From: Bacillota bacterium
Lineage (GTDB): Bacteria; Bacillota; DTU025
Direction: 5' to 3'
DNA: 64,000 nucleotides
NCBI GenBank assembly: GCA_050951805.1
Contig: JBMNJT010000002.1
Location: 576,001 to 640,000 of the forward strand
Part shown: positions 50,330 to 59,267 of the stretch, one piece after another
Layout: the number at the start of each line of letters is the position of its first letter
Position numbering within the stretch: position 1 is the stretch's first letter
The notes under the pieces: model-generated
What the model was told of the DNA's origin: nothing
The model's input: only the letters and a program-made list of their open reading frames with translations
Database searches by the model: none
Position numbers and translations under genes: made by a program

Positions 50330-52069
50330 TTGATGGACTATGCAGCGGTTTATGAGAGCTGGCGCACGTCGAGCTGTGTCGATGAGGCGACGAAGGTAGA
50401 ACTTGCAGGCATAGAAAACGACGTCGCCGAAATCGAGGAGAGATTTGGGCGGGAACTTGGCTTTGGAACCGGAGGCATGCGGGGTAAGCTGGGCGCTGGC
50501 ACGAGCATGATCAACAGGTATACGGTTCGTCGTGTCACTCAAGCCTATGCTTCATACCTTCGCGAATGCGTGGAAGGGTCGAGCGAAGCCGGAGTCGTGA
50601 TCGCTTATGATTCTAGGAGGATGTCAAGGGAGTTAGCTGAAGAGGCCGCACGGGTGCTTGCCGCGGCCGGCATCAGGGCAATGGTGTTTGACGGGATTAG
50701 GCCTACTCCGTTGCTTTCCTATGCAGTTCGCGAAATGGATGCAGCAGGCGGGATCATGATAACAGCAAGCCACAACCCTCCGGAGTACAACGGTTACAAG
50801 ATCTATGGTTCTGATGGGGTGCAGTTGCTTCCTGAGGAGGCTAGCCAGATCGCAGCCAGGGTTTCCGGCATAGATGATTATCTTTGCTTTGCTGCTAAAC
50901 CTGTGGCTCAGGTAGAGGGTATAGACGGTGAAATGGATGAGCGGTATGTCAGCCGTGTCACAGAGCTCATCGAAGAGCTTGTGGGGGATATGGTTTCCAG
51001 GCGCGACCGTGAAGGACTTGGTGTTGTATACAGCCCTCTTCATGGCACAGGCTACTTGCTCGTTCCACGGGCCTTGTCAGACTTGGGTTTTGCGGGGTTG
51101 AACGTGGTACGCGAACAATCTGTGCCCGACGGCGACTTTCCAACAGTGAAGTTGCCGAATCCGGAAGATCCGTCGGCTTTTGAATTGTCCATTGACCGCG
51201 CCATGTCGATGGATGTCCGGAACCGCCCTGCGATTATCATCGCAACTGACCCGGATTGCGACCGCGTGGGTGTGGCAGTATGGGATGGCGAGGGATATCG
51301 GGTTCTTTCAGGGAACCAGGTCGGTGTCTTGCTTGCGGATTTCCTCATTGAAAGCGCCAAGATGAGAGGCATTGAACTCGGCGAATGCGCCATAGTGAAG
51401 ACGATAGTCACTACTGAGATGGTGCGGGCGCTTGCAGACGGAGAGGGTGTGCATGTGATTGACACCCTTACTGGGTTTAAGTATATTGGAGCGCACATAG
51501 ATGAACTTGAAGCGAAAGGGCGCCATTTTCTGCTCGGGCTTGAGGAGAGTTGCGGGTATCTTGCCGGCGGCTTCGTTCGTGACAAGGACGGAGTTATCGC
51601 ATCGGCCCTGGTTGCATCCGTAGCTGCGTGGCACATGGCCCATGGCCGTACGCTGTTGGACCGCTTGAACGAGCTCTACGGGACTCATGGATACTATTAT
51701 GAACGCCTTGTTTCGGTTCCTATTGCTGGAGATGGGGGCGGAGTAGAGGCCTTGGATGCTTTGCGGCAGGAGATGCCCGACTACATCGCTGGATTCCCTG
51801 TTGTTGAGGTTCACGATTATCTCACTGGTTGGACGAAGAAACGTGGGGCGGGCATCAGGGTTCCGATCGACCTTCCTAGAGAAAACTGCATACAGCTTGT
51901 GCTTTCGCGGGGCAGCAAGATCACGCTGAGGCCGTCAGGCACCGAGCCCAAGCTCAAATTGTACGTGGCGGTTCGTGCTGGATCGCAGCTGAAGGCTGAG
52001 GCGAAAGCTGACGCTATCGTGACGACTGCTATGAGGCTCCTTCCGATATCGCAGGAGGGCTATGATTGA
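50330..52069 (+). CDS. Phosphoglucomutase/phosphomannomutase
   Basis: FGTGGMRG, ITASHNP, TDPDCDR, LEESCG, RPSGTEPK. Confidence 0.95.
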   Translation: MMDYAAVYESWRTSSCVDEATKVELAGIENDVAEIEERFGRELGFGTGGMRGKLGAGTSMINRYTVRRVTQAYASYLRECVEGSSEAGVVIAYDSRRMSRELAEEAARVLAAAGIRAMVFDGIRPTPLLSYAVREMDAAGGIMITASHNPPEYNGYKIYGSDGVQLLPEEASQIAARVSGIDDYLCFAAKPVAQVEGIDGEMDERYVSRVTELIEELVGDMVSRRDREGLGVVYSPLHGTGYLLVPRALSDLGFAGLNVVREQSVPDGDFPTVKLPNPEDPSAFELSIDRAMSMDVRNRPAIIIATDPDCDRVGVAVWDGEGYRVLSGNQVGVLLADFLIESAKMRGIELGECAIVKTIVTTEMVRALADGEGVHVIDTLTGFKYIGAHIDELEAKGRHFLLGLEESCGYLAGGFVRDKDGVIASALVASVAAWHMAHGRTLLDRLNELYGTHGYYYERLVSVPIAGDGGGVEALDALRQEMPDYIAGFPVVEVHDYLTGWTKKRGAGIRVPIDLPRENCIQLVLSRGSKITLRPSGTEPKLKLYVAVRAGSQLKAEAKADAIVTTAMRLLPISQEGYD

Positions 52070-52123
52070 GGGAGGGACCAGACTCGGCTTCCTGAGGCAT
52101 TCGGAAAGAAATATAAATGAAAC

Positions 52124-52154
52124 CACAAGGGGGCGGCATATGCCGCCCCCTGTG
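52124..52154 (-). terminator. Terminator hairpin between convergent genes
   Basis: CACAAGGGGGCGGCA-TA-TGCCGCCCCCTGTG; T-rich tail on the minus strand. Confidence 0.75.
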
Positions 52155-52181
52155 AACTACGTTGACTGTGTGTATGTTAGA

Positions 52182-52961
52182 TTACCAGCTTATCACCGAA
52201 TAGCTGAACGTGGAGCCGTCGGGATTATCGGCCGTGAACTCCACAAGGCCTAGACCCTTCTTGTATACCCTGGTCTCTGTGTAGGTGCCTTCATACAGCT
52301 CGGCTGTGTACTGAACCTTAACATAGTCCAGTTTGTCGTCGTCCTTGCCGACTTCGATGATCTCTGCCTCAACCTCGGTCCAATCAGGGGTCTCATACGT
52401 CCACTTTGTGCCCTTCTTGATGGGGGTCTTTAGAACCTGCAACCTCGTGAACTTGTGTGGAAGCGCCAGCTCCCCATCGATGATATCTTCGTAGACCGAA
52501 TCCTTAGTGAACTCGTACCTCAGTTCCAATGTGGTCGAACCAGCTGTGGCAGCAGTGTCCTCTTCGTCGTCCCACCAGCTGCCCCAACCCCAATCATCCT
52601 CGTCGTCATCCTCTTCGTCGTCCCAGCTCCAGCTCCAGTCGTCCTCTTCCTCTTCCTCTTCTTCCTCTTCGAGGTCGAAGGCGCTCCAGACATCGTCCAC
52701 ATCATCATCGTCTTCTTCTTCGATTCCTTCTATTTCGCCGGTGATGGTAAAGGTGACTTCTTTAGTGGATGAGTCCTCATAAATGTCATCCAAAGTCATC
52801 CTGTGGACATATCCGTCGGTGCCTTCATACTCCCATGAGTATCCTTCTTCATCGGGGAAGTAGGACATGAGCTTCTTTTGCCCGCCCCCACCACAACCTG
52901 CTAGCGTTACTGCGAAAATGAGGGCTATGGCAGTAGCCGCTGCAATCCTCCTGAATCTCAT
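52182..52961 (-). CDS. Lipoprotein with an acidic, Trp-rich low-complexity insertion
   Basis: Lipobox VTLAGC; YFP..GYSWEY start and YKKGLGLV end; central D/E/W tract. Confidence 0.85.
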   Translation of the reverse strand: MRFRRIAAATAIALIFAVTLAGCGGGGQKKLMSYFPDEEGYSWEYEGTDGYVHRMTLDDIYEDSSTKEVTFTITGEIEGIEEEDDDDVDDVWSAFDLEEEEEEEEEDDWSWSWDDEEDDDEDDWGWGSWWDDEEDTAATAGSTTLELRYEFTKDSVYEDIIDGELALPHKFTRLQVLKTPIKKGTKWTYETPDWTEVEAEIIEVGKDDDKLDYVKVQYTAELYEGTYTETRVYKKGLGLVEFTADNPDGSTFSYSVISW

Positions 52962-53589
52962 ACACCTATCAGCTCCTCGTATATTTGCTCAAGCCGCCCA
53001 GATAGGCCAGCTGGCGGCCTGGAAACCAACGTCCATCTTCCAGGTTTTGATTTAACGCAGCGCCGTCATAGGAAGGATCACGAATTTTCACTCTAATCAG
53101 TCATTCGTGTCTCTATGTCTACCAGGCGGACGGGAGTTGCCCTGGACAGATGGAAGTTGGGCATAAGTACCCTTCAATATATATAAATACCACGGACCGG
53201 GACTTTTGTCCACCGCCGCCCGGCAGATGGGCTAACCACATTATATTACATATCCGGCATTTCTGGTAGACCTGCCCTGCTTTTCAGAAGGATGGGAGCA
53301 GCATGGACGGTCTACGCTGGCGCATTCGAGATTGCGCCCTTTTTCGTATCCAGACAGTATGCTCCTTCAGCGTTCGACAGGACCTTCGGCAAGGTTCGTG
53401 ATTTTCGTCGCTGCCGGTATCGCCTGGGAACGAGAACCTCCGTAAAATACCTCCTACTCTTGAAGACAGGTCGAAATCATGGGAATTTCGCTCTGGGCCC
53501 GCAGATAGAAACTTACATGGTTCGAGAGGGCATGGCTATAGGATATGTGGTGAAAATGACATGGCAAAGCGCTTGTTGCAGGGGGTGCG

Positions 53590-55209
53590 ATGATGCTCAG
53601 GGGAAAAGTTCTCCTTGCGGAATGTCTCGCGGCAGCGCTGATTTTGTGTGCGGCAGGAGTGATCTGCCACTTAGGGCCCGGAAAGACGGGCGTCTTTGAG
53701 ACGCAGTTGGATTCATGTTGGCGTCAATTTGGACAGGCAACTGTTGCTGCTTCCTCGGGATCTGGAACGTTGTCGACTGAAGGATGGGGCTTTGAGACAT
53801 ATGTGGGGTATGGGGATCTGCTCAGCGTGTCCACGAAAGCCGGATGGGAAAATGAGGCTTCGGGCCTTTTTGAGATTGCCGGATGGTCGAGCTATTCAGA
53901 TGTAGTTGCGATTGTTCGTCGCGAGGATCTTGGAGATGAGCGCATTACGTGGCTGGTTTCCGAGCCTGACGGCTGGTTTTCGGGGACTGTATGGTTTGTG
54001 GATGGGCCTGGAAGATACTCCGTGAGCGTTGCGACGCGGCCGCCTAAAAAGGCATCATACATAGTTGTTTGCAGTTTCTGCGTGCACAACACTTCGGACG
54101 AGATTCCGCTCGCCCCTATTGAGTATGTGGGGTACGGCCACGATGTGACGATCGATTCTCCGAGGCAGGAATCGAACGTCGTGACTGATCTTCTTAATGT
54201 GCGGGGTTGGTCGCGGTATCCACGGGTCAGGGCGACGGTCGAGAACATGGAGACTGGCGAGATCCGGACTTACTACACCCAAACCGCGCAGGATGGAACC
54301 TTCGAGTTCCCCGTTCCCCTCGATGTTGGGTATGGCCCTTGTGAGGTCATACTGTCTTCCTGTCAGATCGATGCGGAGACATGGCGAGGGGCTGCCGCAT
54401 ACCGCTTGATATCCGAAGAGCCTCCTCTATACGTGACTCAACCCGCATACCAACGAGGGTCGATACTGGCGACTGAAAGGTTCAAAGTCCGGGGAATAGC
54501 GCGTGGCGCCGAGAGTGTGATTCTGGAGACCGTGTCCTACGAAGGAGATGCGGTCTTGCGGCGCCAGGAGGCTCAGGTGGCCGAGGACTGCTGGGAGGCA
54601 TGGGTAGACTTGCCTGAAGGTGAAGATCTCTTCAGGTTGCGCATAGGGCGTCGTTTGAGCGGGTCAGAGGGCGAGAATTGCGAAGTGAACCGTTCATACA
54701 CAGTGGCTCGGGTGAAGCCGCGGGATGATCCGGCGCCGACAGAGTTGTGGATGACGCAATCTGTGAGTATGGCTATAAGGGAGCTTGCGGAGTCAATTGT
54801 GGACGGCGTTAACGATACCTACGAGCGTGTGCGAGCTGTCCACGACTGGGTTGCCGGGAACATCGTGTACGACGTGGCGGGAGCCCGGAATGGCCGGCCG
54901 GGCTCTGGGGATGCCATCACCACGCTTCGCAGGCGCGAAGCTGTGTGCCTTGGATATTCGAACCTTACGGCGGCATTGTTGCGGGCTGCAGGTTACCGTG
55001 TGTGGGTTGTGATAGGCAGTGCCGACAATGGGGTGTCCGTGTTGCGACACGCTTGGAATGAGGTTGAGGTGGACGGAAGGATTCTATCGATCGATGCAAC
55101 ATGGGACGCCGGCTGCATAGAGAGGGGAGTCTTTGTGAGGCGGCTGAGTGGGGCATTGTTTGATCCGTCGCCTGAGCTCCTGGCTTTCAGCCATTTCGCC
55201 GAAATCTAG
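53590..55209 (+). CDS. Exported transglutaminase-like domain protein with Ig-like repeats
   Basis: N-terminal hydrophobic helix; AVHDWVAGNIVYD, AVCLGYS, HAWNEV, IDATW (Cys-His-Asp triad). Confidence 0.88.
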   Translation: MMLRGKVLLAECLAAALILCAAGVICHLGPGKTGVFETQLDSCWRQFGQATVAASSGSGTLSTEGWGFETYVGYGDLLSVSTKAGWENEASGLFEIAGWSSYSDVVAIVRREDLGDERITWLVSEPDGWFSGTVWFVDGPGRYSVSVATRPPKKASYIVVCSFCVHNTSDEIPLAPIEYVGYGHDVTIDSPRQESNVVTDLLNVRGWSRYPRVRATVENMETGEIRTYYTQTAQDGTFEFPVPLDVGYGPCEVILSSCQIDAETWRGAAAYRLISEEPPLYVTQPAYQRGSILATERFKVRGIARGAESVILETVSYEGDAVLRRQEAQVAEDCWEAWVDLPEGEDLFRLRIGRRLSGSEGENCEVNRSYTVARVKPRDDPAPTELWMTQSVSMAIRELAESIVDGVNDTYERVRAVHDWVAGNIVYDVAGARNGRPGSGDAITTLRRREAVCLGYSNLTAALLRAAGYRVWVVIGSADNGVSVLRHAWNEVEVDGRILSIDATWDAGCIERGVFVRRLSGALFDPSPELLAFSHFAEI

Positions 55210-55844
55210 TGCCACTGGCACAGTGCTTGGATGGAGAATGCACGGATTGTTGCTCGGAGCGAAAAAAGGATGTAATCAACTTGTAGCTTCAATTGTTATT
55301 TGGAAAGTAAATGCCCGACAGCCAAAGATACAAGCGCAGTGTATGCACGGGGGTTTGGTAGTAGGCGCTGAGCAGTATAAATATGCCTGATAGTGCATGA
55401 ACAGCATGGGCTCCGTGGGAGGATGCGACATGACGGGTAGAAAAGCTACGGGAACAGTTTTGGCGTTGCCCTGCATCGCGTCACCATGCTTGCAGCGGTA
55501 GCTCATGGCGCGATTGCTGTGAAGGAGGATGGCGAAAAGGCAATATCATCTTCGGGCGAGATTGGCTATGCCATCATACGGAGCAAAGATGGTTCAAATG
55601 CCCATGCTGTTATGGCCACCGCATCGTTTTGACTGGCAAGCCGCTTGTAGAAAGGGGATAAGACACGCAGCGACAGCAGTGCCATCATCCTTTGTCCCCT
55701 ACGGCTGGGTGCAACAGCTTCATTATGTGGCAACGAGTGGGATTTCCCGTCAGTCATGAGGAGTGAAGAATCTAGGGCAGCCATATGGTTGCCCTGTTGC
55801 ACCCATACTGATTTGGACAAGGTTTTCGCGGGGAGTGTAGTGCA

Positions 55845-57212
55845 TTGAAGTCTGCTTCTGTGCGGGATCTTCTCTTTCCCACGACTATAGCGTGGAAAAC
55901 ATATGTCATTGTCATCGCTGCGTCACTGGTTCCAGCGCTGCTTGCTGTTGCCTTGGGTGGGCGAGAACTGGCGCAAGCTCGGCCTGAGGGATACGAGCGG
56001 GAGCTATCCTCCGTATGCAGACTGCTAGATGCCGAGCTTGAATCGCGCCATGGATCCTTTGCGCATCTTCTGGAGACCGAAGGCGCTCTCGCGGCGCCTA
56101 GGGAAAAGCAGATTCAACTGCTAAACGCGGAATTGCAGCCAATAGTTGACATGATATCTGTGGCCTATCCCGACGTTGAGTTTGGCTATTATTCCAAGGA
56201 CCTTCGGGCCGAGCTTGCCATACATCCCATGACCGATGCTGTAAATATATACAAAGAAGTGCTACCTGAGGAATTCAACATATATCGGACCGGCAGACCT
56301 GAGGTGCTGCGTCCATTGGTATCTGAGGCCCAAAGGGGTCATGGCGGCATGGCAGTGCAGACATGTCCGCTATACGATGGGGACGAGCTTGTTGGCCATG
56401 TGTGGGCGAAAATGCCGGTTCGAATAGAGCATAAGAGGCTATATACCGCAGGCAGCCTTGTGGGACTTGCGGCCGTAACCGCTGCCGTTCTCTTGGTTTC
56501 ATCATGGTACATCATGCGCGGGCTGGGGCACTGGGAGGAGCGATACGCGCTCAGCCGTGGTGCAATGGCTAATCGCGAGGCTGCGGCTATTGTTCACGAG
56601 ATGCGCAACCCAATAACCGTCTCCAAAGGCCTCGTCCAACTTGTATTGACTCAAGAGACTGACATGAGAAAGAGGATGTGGCTTTCGAATATCGTCCGCC
56701 AATTGGATCACATGAATAACATAGCTTCCGATTATCTTCAATATGCCCGGCCCAGGCCGCCCCGAGTATCCGATGTTTCTGTGCAAGAGCTTGTAGAGGA
56801 TCTTGTGGAGAATGTTGCGCCATATGTCGAAGAATCGGGCGCGATCATGGAAGTATCGTCTGACTGCGATGATCTCAAGGTGCGATGCGATCGGGATCAG
56901 GTAGGCCAGGTATTGCTCAACCTGGTGAAAAATGCAGTGGAAGCCGGATTGGGCGAGCCTGGGCTGAGGGTTGCCATTCGCTGGCGCCGGGAGGGAGGAA
57001 CCGTCATTATCGAAGTGGCCGATAATGGCCCAGGGATTCCCCAGGAGAACCTTTCCCGCATATTCGACCCATTCTTCACTCTAAAGCCGAAAGGCACAGG
57101 CCTTGGCCTTGCGATATCGAGGACCCTTATTGAGCAGCAGGGGGGATCCCTTGCTGCCCATAGTTCTCAGGCAGGAGGCGCCGTTTTCTCCGTAAAGTTG
57201 CCGCGGGCGTGA
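55845..57212 (+). CDS. Membrane sensor histidine kinase (orphan in this window)
   Basis: Two TM helices; HEMRNP, NLVKNA, DNGPG, FDPFFT, GTGLGL. Confidence 0.93.
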   Translation: MKSASVRDLLFPTTIAWKTYVIVIAASLVPALLAVALGGRELAQARPEGYERELSSVCRLLDAELESRHGSFAHLLETEGALAAPREKQIQLLNAELQPIVDMISVAYPDVEFGYYSKDLRAELAIHPMTDAVNIYKEVLPEEFNIYRTGRPEVLRPLVSEAQRGHGGMAVQTCPLYDGDELVGHVWAKMPVRIEHKRLYTAGSLVGLAAVTAAVLLVSSWYIMRGLGHWEERYALSRGAMANREAAAIVHEMRNPITVSKGLVQLVLTQETDMRKRMWLSNIVRQLDHMNNIASDYLQYARPRPPRVSDVSVQELVEDLVENVAPYVEESGAIMEVSSDCDDLKVRCDRDQVGQVLLNLVKNAVEAGLGEPGLRVAIRWRREGGTVIIEVADNGPGIPQENLSRIFDPFFTLKPKGTGLGLAISRTLIEQQGGSLAAHSSQAGGAVFSVKLPRA

Positions 57213-57297
57213 TCCCGGGAAGATTTGCTTGCTTCCCGGCAGGCAGAAAAGTGCAGTACGCCTTGTGTATCTTCAGCTGAACAACGGAGAAAGGAAA

Positions 57298-57322
57298 GAG
57301 TCCCGGAAGTATCCCGGGACTC
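57298..57322 (-). terminator. Terminator of the zinc-ribbon gene
   Basis: GAGTCCCGG..CCGGGACTC hairpin with TTTCCTTT on the minus strand. Confidence 0.65.
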
Positions 57323-57373
57323 TCCATGCCTACGTCGAATGCTTCATATTCCTAAACGAGCTTTTCGAGTTGC

Positions 57374-57664
57374 CTACCTATTCCTCATCGACTTCTGCGC
57401 AGCGAAGCACTCGCTGCAGTATACCGGCTTGTCGCCGCTTGGCTGGAATGGAACGTAGGCTGGCTTTCCACAGGCGGAGCAGACGGCCTCATACATCTGG
57501 CGGTTACCAGAACCACTAGAGGCCCTGCGGGCTCTCCTGCAATCCGGGCACCTCGACGGCTCGTTCTGAAATCCGTGCTGATCGTAAAATTCCTGCTCTC
57601 CCGCGGTGAACACAAAATCCTGTCCACAGTCTCTACAATTGAGGATCTTGTCTTCGTATGCCAA
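57374..57664 (-). CDS. Zinc-ribbon (CxxC-x17-CxxC) domain protein
   Basis: DKILNCRDCGQDFVFTAGEQEFY..NEPSRCPDCR; CSACG..VPFQP..PVYCSECF. Confidence 0.92.
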   Translation of the reverse strand: MAYEDKILNCRDCGQDFVFTAGEQEFYDQHGFQNEPSRCPDCRRARRASSGSGNRQMYEAVCSACGKPAYVPFQPSGDKPVYCSECFAAQKSMRNR

Positions 57665-58133
57665 CTTGATCATCCCCGATTCGTTGGATAGTCTCTTGAT
57701 CAAGTCGACAGGCATTAGAATGCGTGCGCTTGAACAACAGCCATATATATCTTAAAGCCTTTCCGGCGAACTTGCAATATGCTGCCAACAAAAGTATTGT
57801 CTGACGCTTCGTGCCCACGTGAGTGTCAAACCCACTTTTGCCTGGTAGAGCTGGGGGTTGTCCGAGAACCTCGGGAAATTGCGGCGAAAAGAAACTTCCC
57901 GCTCGATACCTTATGTATGGGCATTGTTCACTCTTAACCATAGATTTGCTGCCTGATCTGAGCTTCTGTAGGAAATAATGTACCGCAGCTTTGACCGATT
58001 TTCCAGGTCTTGTGCGCCGATTATTGCCTTTGTCGAAGATGCCCGTTCGCCGGGAGGGAATGCGGAGGTAGTGTTGATTTACCCTCATCGGTATGGTAAC
58101 ATATGTGGCGAGCAAAGGATGCTTCATAGAACT

Positions 58134-58592
58134 ATGAAACAAGAATTGCTTGATGTCAAGTTTATGAGCGAGGCCATGGCCCAGGCGCATGAGGCGTCGT
58201 TGGCTGGCGAGGTGCCGGTCGGCGCGGTAGTGGTTATGGGCGATGAGGTTATCGCGCGCGCACACAACCGGAAGGAATCGGATAAGGATCCAACGGCGCA
58301 CGCAGAGATACTTGCGATCCGGGAGGCTGCCACCCGCATCGGATCATGGCGGCTTTCGGGGGCAACCATTTACGTGACGCTGGAGCCATGTCCCATGTGT
58401 GCGGGTGCCATAGTTCAGGCGAGGCTTGATAGATTGGTTTATGGAGCGGCTGATCCCAAGACAGGGGCGGCCGGTACTATATTCGACTTGCCACGCGACA
58501 TGAGGCTCAACCACTGGGTGAGTGTGACAGGCGGGGTCATGGCGGAAGAAGCCGGCGCGTTGCTTGAGAAGTTCTTTTCAAATAAGCGTTGA
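58134..58592 (+). CDS. tadA: tRNA adenosine(34) deaminase
   Basis: EVPVGAV, PTAHAEI, TLEPCPMC. Confidence 0.97.
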   Translation: MKQELLDVKFMSEAMAQAHEASLAGEVPVGAVVVMGDEVIARAHNRKESDKDPTAHAEILAIREAATRIGSWRLSGATIYVTLEPCPMCAGAIVQARLDRLVYGAADPKTGAAGTIFDLPRDMRLNHWVSVTGGVMAEEAGALLEKFFSNKR

Positions 58593-58611
58593 TATTTTTC
58601 ATATAGCTTGC

Positions 58612-58702
58612 GGAGAGATGGCTGAGCTGGTCGAAAGCGCTCGCCTCGAAAGCGAGTAGGCGGGGAACCGCCTCGTGGGTTCGAATCCCACTCTCTCCGC
58701 CA
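58612..58702 (+). tRNA. tRNA-Ser(CGA)
   Basis: Long variable arm, anticodon loop CT-CGA-AA, GCCA end. Confidence 0.95.
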
Positions 58703-58740
58703 TAGATTCTGAGGCCTATTTCTGGGGCTTTCCATATTGC

Positions 58741-58831
58741 GGAGAGGTGGCTGAGTTGGTCTAAGGCGCTCGCCTGGAGAGCGAGTAGGCGGGGAACCGC
58801 CTCGTGGGTTCGAATCCCACCCTCTCCGCCA
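58741..58831 (+). tRNA. tRNA-Ser(GGA)
   Basis: Long variable arm, anticodon loop CT-GGA-GA, GCCA end. Confidence 0.93.
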
Positions 58832-58851
58832 TTTTTGTTCATATTGACTTT

Positions 58852-59120
58852 GGCCGTGCTAGACGGGGAGGTAGCGGTGCCCTGTACCCGAAAACCGCTA
58901 TAGCGGGGTTGACTTCCCACCCTAGGCCTGCCTTCTTTGGGGCCTGCCCGACGCAAGTGGTGTTGAGGGCTGGGTCCTGCGCAACGAGGCTCTGTGAACC
59001 CCGTCAGGACCGGGAGGTAGCAGCGGTAAGCAGATACCCTCGTGTGCCGCGGGAGCGCCTGGTCGGAGCTGGCTACGTCGGTACCGCCTGGGGAAGCTTG
59101 TCGAAGGTGGGTGCACGGCC
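58852..59120 (+). ncRNA. ffs: Large bacterial SRP RNA with Alu domain
   Basis: GCCGTGCTAGACGGGGAGGTAGCGGTGCCCTGTA 5' Alu; GTCAGGACCGGGAGGTAGCAGC helix 8; closing GCACGGCC; located between tadA and dnaX. Confidence 0.95.
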
Positions 59121-59267
59121 TCTACATCGTCAGGATGGTCCGGCTGGGCCATCCTTTTTTGATGTGGAGGACAAAGAGAGACCTGGAGCGAATACTACTT
59201 GAGGCATGTTTTGCTGAGCCTGCTTTCTAGGGCTTGCAAAGGCAAATCGGATTTTGGGGGGCTACCG

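Noticed and set aside
52455-52782. Poly-Ser and other plus-strand ORFs
   Set aside because: Antisense shadows of the acidic tract in the minus-strand lipoprotein
53110-53240. ZTP (pfl) riboswitch on the minus strand
   Set aside because: CCGTCCGCCTGG resembles the 3' end, but the 5' GACTG..GTGG..CCAC..GGGAG core is missing
58439-59230. ORFs overlapping the tRNA-Ser genes and SRP RNA
   Set aside because: Spurious frames across structural RNA genes; the same applies to ORFs at 30725, 49280 and 62540-63115
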